A stretch of 64,000 nt of DNA from Rickettsiales bacterium (lineage in GTDB: Bacteria > Pseudomonadota > Alphaproteobacteria > Rickettsiales > JABSSG01): contig JBDOIT010000002.1 of NCBI GenBank assembly GCA_047404135.1, positions 102,320-166,319 of the forward strand, in the 5' to 3' direction. Made by a program: the position numbers and the translations under genes. The notes beneath the pieces are model-generated. The model had not been told where the DNA came from, made no database searches, and saw nothing but the letters and a program-made list of their open reading frames with translations. Within the stretch, counting starts at the first letter, position 1. Each line of letters opens with the position of its first letter. Of this stretch, positions 60,140-64,000 are shown piece after piece.

Positions 60140-60516
60140 GTTTTTGCCTTATTAAACAACTTCTTTACCTCTTTCTCTACTACTTCTTTAACTACTTTAG
60201 ATAGGTTGCTATTTAACCATGATTGCAGGTAAGGCTTCAGCACATCTTTAAAAACCTCTTTGATCTCTTCGTCTGAAAGAAGATGTGAATCATCTTGATC
60301 ACTAATGACTTGGTTAGATATATATTTTATATATCCAGAAACCTCTTCAGCACTTTTGCCATCTACTAAACTCTCATCTGTGACAACTTCTGTAAGCTCT
60401 ATGACAGAGTGATTTTCTACTTTTGTATTAAAACCCTTCTCTTGGCTTTTGATAGCAGATTTTATATTGCTAATAATTTTATCTAAAGACTCCTGGTTGT
60501 TATCAGCGCTCATCAC
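60136..60516 (-). CDS. DUF2497 / PopZ-like protein
   Basis: 126-aa acidic protein. Its C-terminal VLKPYLQSWLNSNLSKVVKEVVEKEVKKL matches the conserved DUF2497 C-terminal helix (..L.P.L..WLD.NLP..VE..V..EI..). The position next to tolC is typical of alphaproteobacteria. Confidence 0.7.
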   Translation of the reverse strand: MMSADNNQESLDKIISNIKSAIKSQEKGFNTKVENHSVIELTEVVTDESLVDGKSAEEVSGYIKYISNQVISDQDDSHLLSDEEIKEVFKDVLKPYLQSWLNSNLSKVVKEVVEKEVKKLFNKAKT

Positions 60517-60517
60517 A

Positions 60518-61870
60518 TTAATCCGGATTATAAGAACCTACAAGCTGCATTCTAATGCTATTATAGTTTTTCATAGGATCATAGAGTTTTACATCTAGTC
60601 CCAAATGTTTTGCTGTACATTCACCTATAGATGAAGCAATCTTGTAACGCGCGGATATATATTCCGTTCTGGCATTTAACATTTTTCTATACGCATTATA
60701 ATAGTTACTACGCGCGATTATCACATCACCAATAGATCGTATCCCCGCTTTCTCTTCCTTTTTAGTGCCTTCATACGCAGTTCTTGAAGAATTGACTTCT
60801 TCTTTCCTTGCCTTGTAGATAGATTTCTTAGATTCAAACTCCCTCCATACCTGAGTGGTAAAAGTAATTACATTTTGACGAGCACTAGCTAAGCTATATT
60901 TTGACTGCTGGTAAGTGCGTTTAGCTTGCCTATATTTAGACCACGATGCCCCACCATCAAATAAAGTTATATTCAAAGATACTAGCGCTTGCTTGTTCAA
61001 CGCATCTTGAGTAAAGCCACCAGCACTCATCCTTTTATCATCTCTGTTATCTTGTATCTGGTATTGTAATTGAACAGAAGGCATTAGGTTTTCCCCTCTC
61101 ACTTGCGTAACTCGGTTTCTTGCAGCCTTGTCATTACTTCTTGAAGAGATCAATTCTGGGCTATTTCTTAGTGCTAATTTTATCGTAGTCTCTAGGGTTT
61201 TTGGCAAAATTACATTCGCTGATGGAAGTATTAATTTATGCGGATCCATCCCAGTAATTTCTCTAAACTTTGCTTTTAGTATCTCAAAATTACCACTAGC
61301 ATGAATCATAGAAGATAGAGACTCAGCTAAACTAGCATTAGCTTGGGCAACATCTGTTTTTGTTGCATCTCCAGCCTGAAACCTTCTTTCCGCGGATTGA
61401 AGTAAAAGTTTTGCATCCACCAACTGCTCTTCTGCAATCTTATGCTCCTCCTCAATCTGCAAAGTCTTCAGATAAGTTTCTACAACGCTCACAAGGATTT
61501 CTTGCTCTTTGGAAACCAACTCCGCTCTACTTTGCTCAATAGAAGCCTTTGCAATTTTCATTGCAGCTATATCCGCACCGCCTCTAAATATATTTTGTGA
61601 TACAGTTAAGCTCTTAGTGGTGCCTTTTGTTTTTGAAGAAACACCCGCAGTTTCTGCTCTTAACTCTCTTTTCTGAGCGCCAAGAGTTACAGATGGTAAC
61701 CACCTAGAGAATGATTGCATTATTTGCTCATCATTTGCCTTTGTTTTCTCTCTCTGAGACTTAAGAATGTCGTTAGTTTCATAAGCACTAGACAGAGCCG
61801 TATTCATGTCTAATGAATAACAGTTTAAAGAGGATGCTAATATAAAAAACAACCAGATGTGTGATTTCAT
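60518..61870 (-). CDS. tolC: TolC family outer membrane efflux protein
   Basis: 450 aa with a signal peptide and a duplicated OEP repeat architecture (two ...ARS.Y.P.V.L... / coiled-coil halves). Confidence 0.88.
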   Translation of the reverse strand: MKSHIWLFFILASSLNCYSLDMNTALSSAYETNDILKSQREKTKANDEQIMQSFSRWLPSVTLGAQKRELRAETAGVSSKTKGTTKSLTVSQNIFRGGADIAAMKIAKASIEQSRAELVSKEQEILVSVVETYLKTLQIEEEHKIAEEQLVDAKLLLQSAERRFQAGDATKTDVAQANASLAESLSSMIHASGNFEILKAKFREITGMDPHKLILPSANVILPKTLETTIKLALRNSPELISSRSNDKAARNRVTQVRGENLMPSVQLQYQIQDNRDDKRMSAGGFTQDALNKQALVSLNITLFDGGASWSKYRQAKRTYQQSKYSLASARQNVITFTTQVWREFESKKSIYKARKEEVNSSRTAYEGTKKEEKAGIRSIGDVIIARSNYYNAYRKMLNARTEYISARYKIASSIGECTAKHLGLDVKLYDPMKNYNSIRMQLVGSYNPD

Positions 61871-62001
61871 CGTGTAGTATAAAACTTAAATCTCAATGAT
61901 TTTATCGCAAATTATCACACAATACAACGAAATTGAAGGAAATTAATCTAAAAATCACTTGCAAAAGCTCTAATAGGCTTATAGTTTACTACCTCAAATG
62001 A

Positions 62002-62076
62002 GGCCGGGTAGCAAAGTGGTAATGCAGAGGATTGCAAATCCTCTATGCGCCGGTTCGATTCCGGCTCCGGCCTCCA
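62002..62076 (+). tRNA. tRNA-Cys (anticodon GCA), CCA encoded
   Basis: Hand-folded cloverleaf. The acceptor stem is GGCCGGG/TCCGGCC. The anticodon stem is GAGGA/TCCTC with loop TTGCAAA. The T arm is GCCGG-TTCGATT-CCGGC, followed by discriminator T and CCA. Confidence 0.9.
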
Positions 62077-62383
62077 TCCTCTACATTACAAAGTCAAAAC
62101 TACTTCGCTTCAGCTTTAACTTCAGAATTTGGGACAGGAGCAGATGTAACTTGCTCTTGAGCACAATTCTTCTTTGCTTTGAGATTTGCCAATACAGATA
62201 TTCTTTCTTATGCAACATAATTGATGAGATTTAGTCAGCACACCATGCCAACCTTCAATAAAAATAATCTCTTTGGAAAAGGTTAGTTCTTGCATAAGGA
62301 CATTAAGATTTCACATCATTGCCAAATATATTTTTTATGATATCATTCTATTATTAACTCCTCCTTTTTGATTGAGGGCAATA

Positions 62384-63325
62384 ATGGGCTTTAATTCTTT
62401 AAAAACTGATTTTCTTGAAAGTATTTCAATAGAAAAAGCCTCTTCAAAAAACACAGTTGATTCTTACAATAATGATCTACAAAAATTCAAGGAATTCTTG
62501 GATATTGAGAAAGTTGATATTGCTGACACAACAACAGATGACATACGGAAATTTATTGCATTGATGACAACACGCTCTCTTGAAGGGTCCACAATCTCAA
62601 GGAAGATTTCTTCTATACGGCAATTTTTTTCGTTTTTATATTCCGAACAAATAATCAAATACAACCCAGCTCTCTCAGTAGATTTACCAAAAAAACGCCA
62701 AAACTTACCATCTGTTTTAAGCGAAAATGAGGTAATAAAATTACTGAATACCGCTTACTTAGACAAGACTACAAAAGGGATAAGAAATGTAGCTATGCTA
62801 GAATTACTTTATGCTTCAGGCATGAGGATATCAGAGCTTATTTCTTTAAAGCTATCCCACCTTCAAATCAACAATAACTATATTAATCCTTATATACTAA
62901 TTACCGGGAAAGGAGATAAAGAGCGCATAATAGCAATTAACAGAAAATCTATTAGTGCACTTAGAGAATATCTTGAGGTCAGGTTAAGCTTTACTCTCAA
63001 AAAGAATGAGCACTGGCTCTTTCCATCAAAACAATCCAATCAAGGTCATATTACTAGACAATATTTCGCAAAATTACTTAAGAAGATTTCTATAGATGCC
63101 GAGATAAGCCCCAAAGATGTTTCTCCTCATAAATTACGTCATTCTTTTGCCACCCACCTACTTAATCATGGAGCTGACTTAAGAATTATACAAGAATTGC
63201 TAGGACATAAAAATGTTAGTACTACGCAAATATATACACATGTTGCAAATGAAAAATTGAAATCTACTGTAGAACAATTTCATCCGTTATCCGGAAAGAA
63301 AAAAACTGACACACCCGAATCATAG
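62384..63325 (+). CDS. xerD: site-specific tyrosine recombinase XerD
   Basis: About 313 aa with an N-terminal SAM-like core-binding domain (NT..SY..DL..F..FL). The catalytic residues are in [21 protein letters not shown] and TQIYTHV. The start is at ATG 62384; the ORF track starts at TTG 62372. Confidence 0.88.
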   Translation: MGFNSLKTDFLESISIEKASSKNTVDSYNNDLQKFKEFLDIEKVDIADTTTDDIRKFIALMTTRSLEGSTISRKISSIRQFFSFLYSEQIIKYNPALSVDLPKKRQNLPSVLSENEVIKLLNTAYLDKTTKGIRNVAMLELLYASGMRISELISLKLSHLQINNNYINPYILITGKGDKERIIAINRKSISALREYLEVRLSFTLKKNEHWLFPSKQSNQGHITRQYFAKLLKKISIDAEISPKDVSPHKLRHSFATHLLNHGADLRIIQELLGHKNVSTTQIYTHVANEKLKSTVEQFHPLSGKKKTDTPES

Positions 63326-64000
63326 TGATTTTGACAACTCATCGAATTTCATGATTCTGGAAAGAAACCCTTCGAATTGATCCAGATGAATCATGTTAGG
63401 GCCATCGCTAGGAGCATTATCAGGATCCTCATGAACCTCCAAGAATAAAGCTGCAATCCCAACAGCTACCGCTGCTCTGGATAAAGGCTCCACGAACTCT
63501 CGCTGACCCCCACTTGACTCACCTCTTCCACCCGGTTGCTGAACAGAGTGAGTTGCATCAAAAACTATAGGAACCCCCGTCTCTGCCATAATTTTTAGAC
63601 CACGCATATCAGAAACCAGAGTATTGTATCCAAAACTCGTACCTCTTTCGGTAAACAATATGCTTTTATTACCAAATTGATCGAACTTTTTTACAATATT
63701 ATTCATATCCCACGGAGCTAAAAATTGCCCCTTCTTTATCTTCACAACTTTCCCCGTCTTTGCAGCTGCCTCTAATAGATCAGTTTGCCTACATAGGAAT
63801 GCTGGTATTTGCAAAATATCTACATATTCCGCAATAACTCCACATTGGTTAGCTGTGTGTACATCAGTTACTATAGGGCACTGAAATGTTTCTTTGATTT
63901 TTTCAAAAACTCTTAAAGATGCCTCAAGACCCATACCCCTTTTCCCAGACAGACTAGATCTATTTGCTTTATCAAAAGAAGTTTTAAAAACAAAATTCAC
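63320..64000 (-). CDS. kdsA: 3-deoxy-8-phosphooctulonate synthase, 3' portion; gene runs off the right edge
   Basis: Motifs [31 protein letters not shown] and DATHSVQ.PGG are present. The leading M in the ORF track is an edge artefact. Confidence 0.92.
   Translation of the reverse strand: MNFVFKTSFDKANRSSLSGKRGMGLEASLRVFEKIKETFQCPIVTDVHTANQCGVIAEYVDILQIPAFLCRQTDLLEAAAKTGKVVKIKKGQFLAPWDMNNIVKKFDQFGNKSILFTERGTSFGYNTLVSDMRGLKIMAETGVPIVFDATHSVQQPGGRGESSGGQREFVEPLSRAAVAVGIAALFLEVHEDPDNAPSDGPNMIHLDQFEGFLSRIMKFDELSKSL

Noticed and set aside
61998-62234. A 78-aa plus-strand ORF.
   Set aside because: Its 5' half is the tRNA-Cys gene read as protein.
62002-63325. tRNA-Cys followed by a tyrosine recombinase, considered as the boundary of an integrative element.
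   Set aside because: The recombinase has the full XerD-type N-terminal and catalytic signatures and normal length. No direct repeat of the tRNA 3' end was seen downstream, and the next gene is core (kdsA).

Overview
This is an AT-rich chromosomal segment, roughly one-third G+C by eye, from a reduced-genome alphaproteobacterium. It is most consistent with an obligate-intracellular Rickettsiales/Holosporales-like lineage. The lineage markers I recognise are 5-aminolevulinate synthase (C4 heme pathway), LpxI, a PopZ-like DUF2497 protein, an ELM1-like DUF1022 protein, a HIG1-type twin-TM protein and CtaA, plus several ankyrin- and pentapeptide-repeat proteins. The window is densely coding, with about 66 CDS. 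Two of them were missed or mis-started by the ORF track: rpmG and the 5' end of pnp. There is one tRNA-Cys(GCA). I saw no rRNA, CRISPR, transposase or phage genes. Most of the window is conserved core synteny. On the minus strand: rimP-nusA-infB-rbfA-truB-rpsO-pnp, cmk-rpsA, rne, ftsW-murG, recJ-glpX, groESL, holB-metG-tatD, trmD...rplS and tolC-popZ-like. On the plus strand: hemF-uppS-cdsA-dxr / rseP-bamA-skp-lpxD-fabZ-lpxA-lpxI-yciB, hemB, rpmG-rpsP, gltX and xerD. I found no canonical defence or mobile system. The non-core material worth a second look is as follows. (1) A DUF2610-like acidic protein is paired with a ~780-aa pentapeptide-repeat polytopic membrane protein that has a basic tail (38.6-41.5 kb). 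(2) An accessory block lies between gltX and tatD (43.9-51.1 kb). It holds an FkbM methyltransferase of atypical composition, two ankyrin proteins, and a tight operon of pentapeptide-repeat protein, dioxygenase-fold protein and amidase. (3) A perfect-period 88-bp tandem duplication carries a promoter-like motif upstream of groESL. (4) nth is frameshifted in an A10 tract. (5) Two unusually long non-coding spacers interrupt otherwise tight operons (dxr/rseP and trmD/rplS). (6) A secreted ankyrin gene is translationally coupled to the popZ-like gene. All product names come from motif recognition in the supplied translations; I ran no database search.
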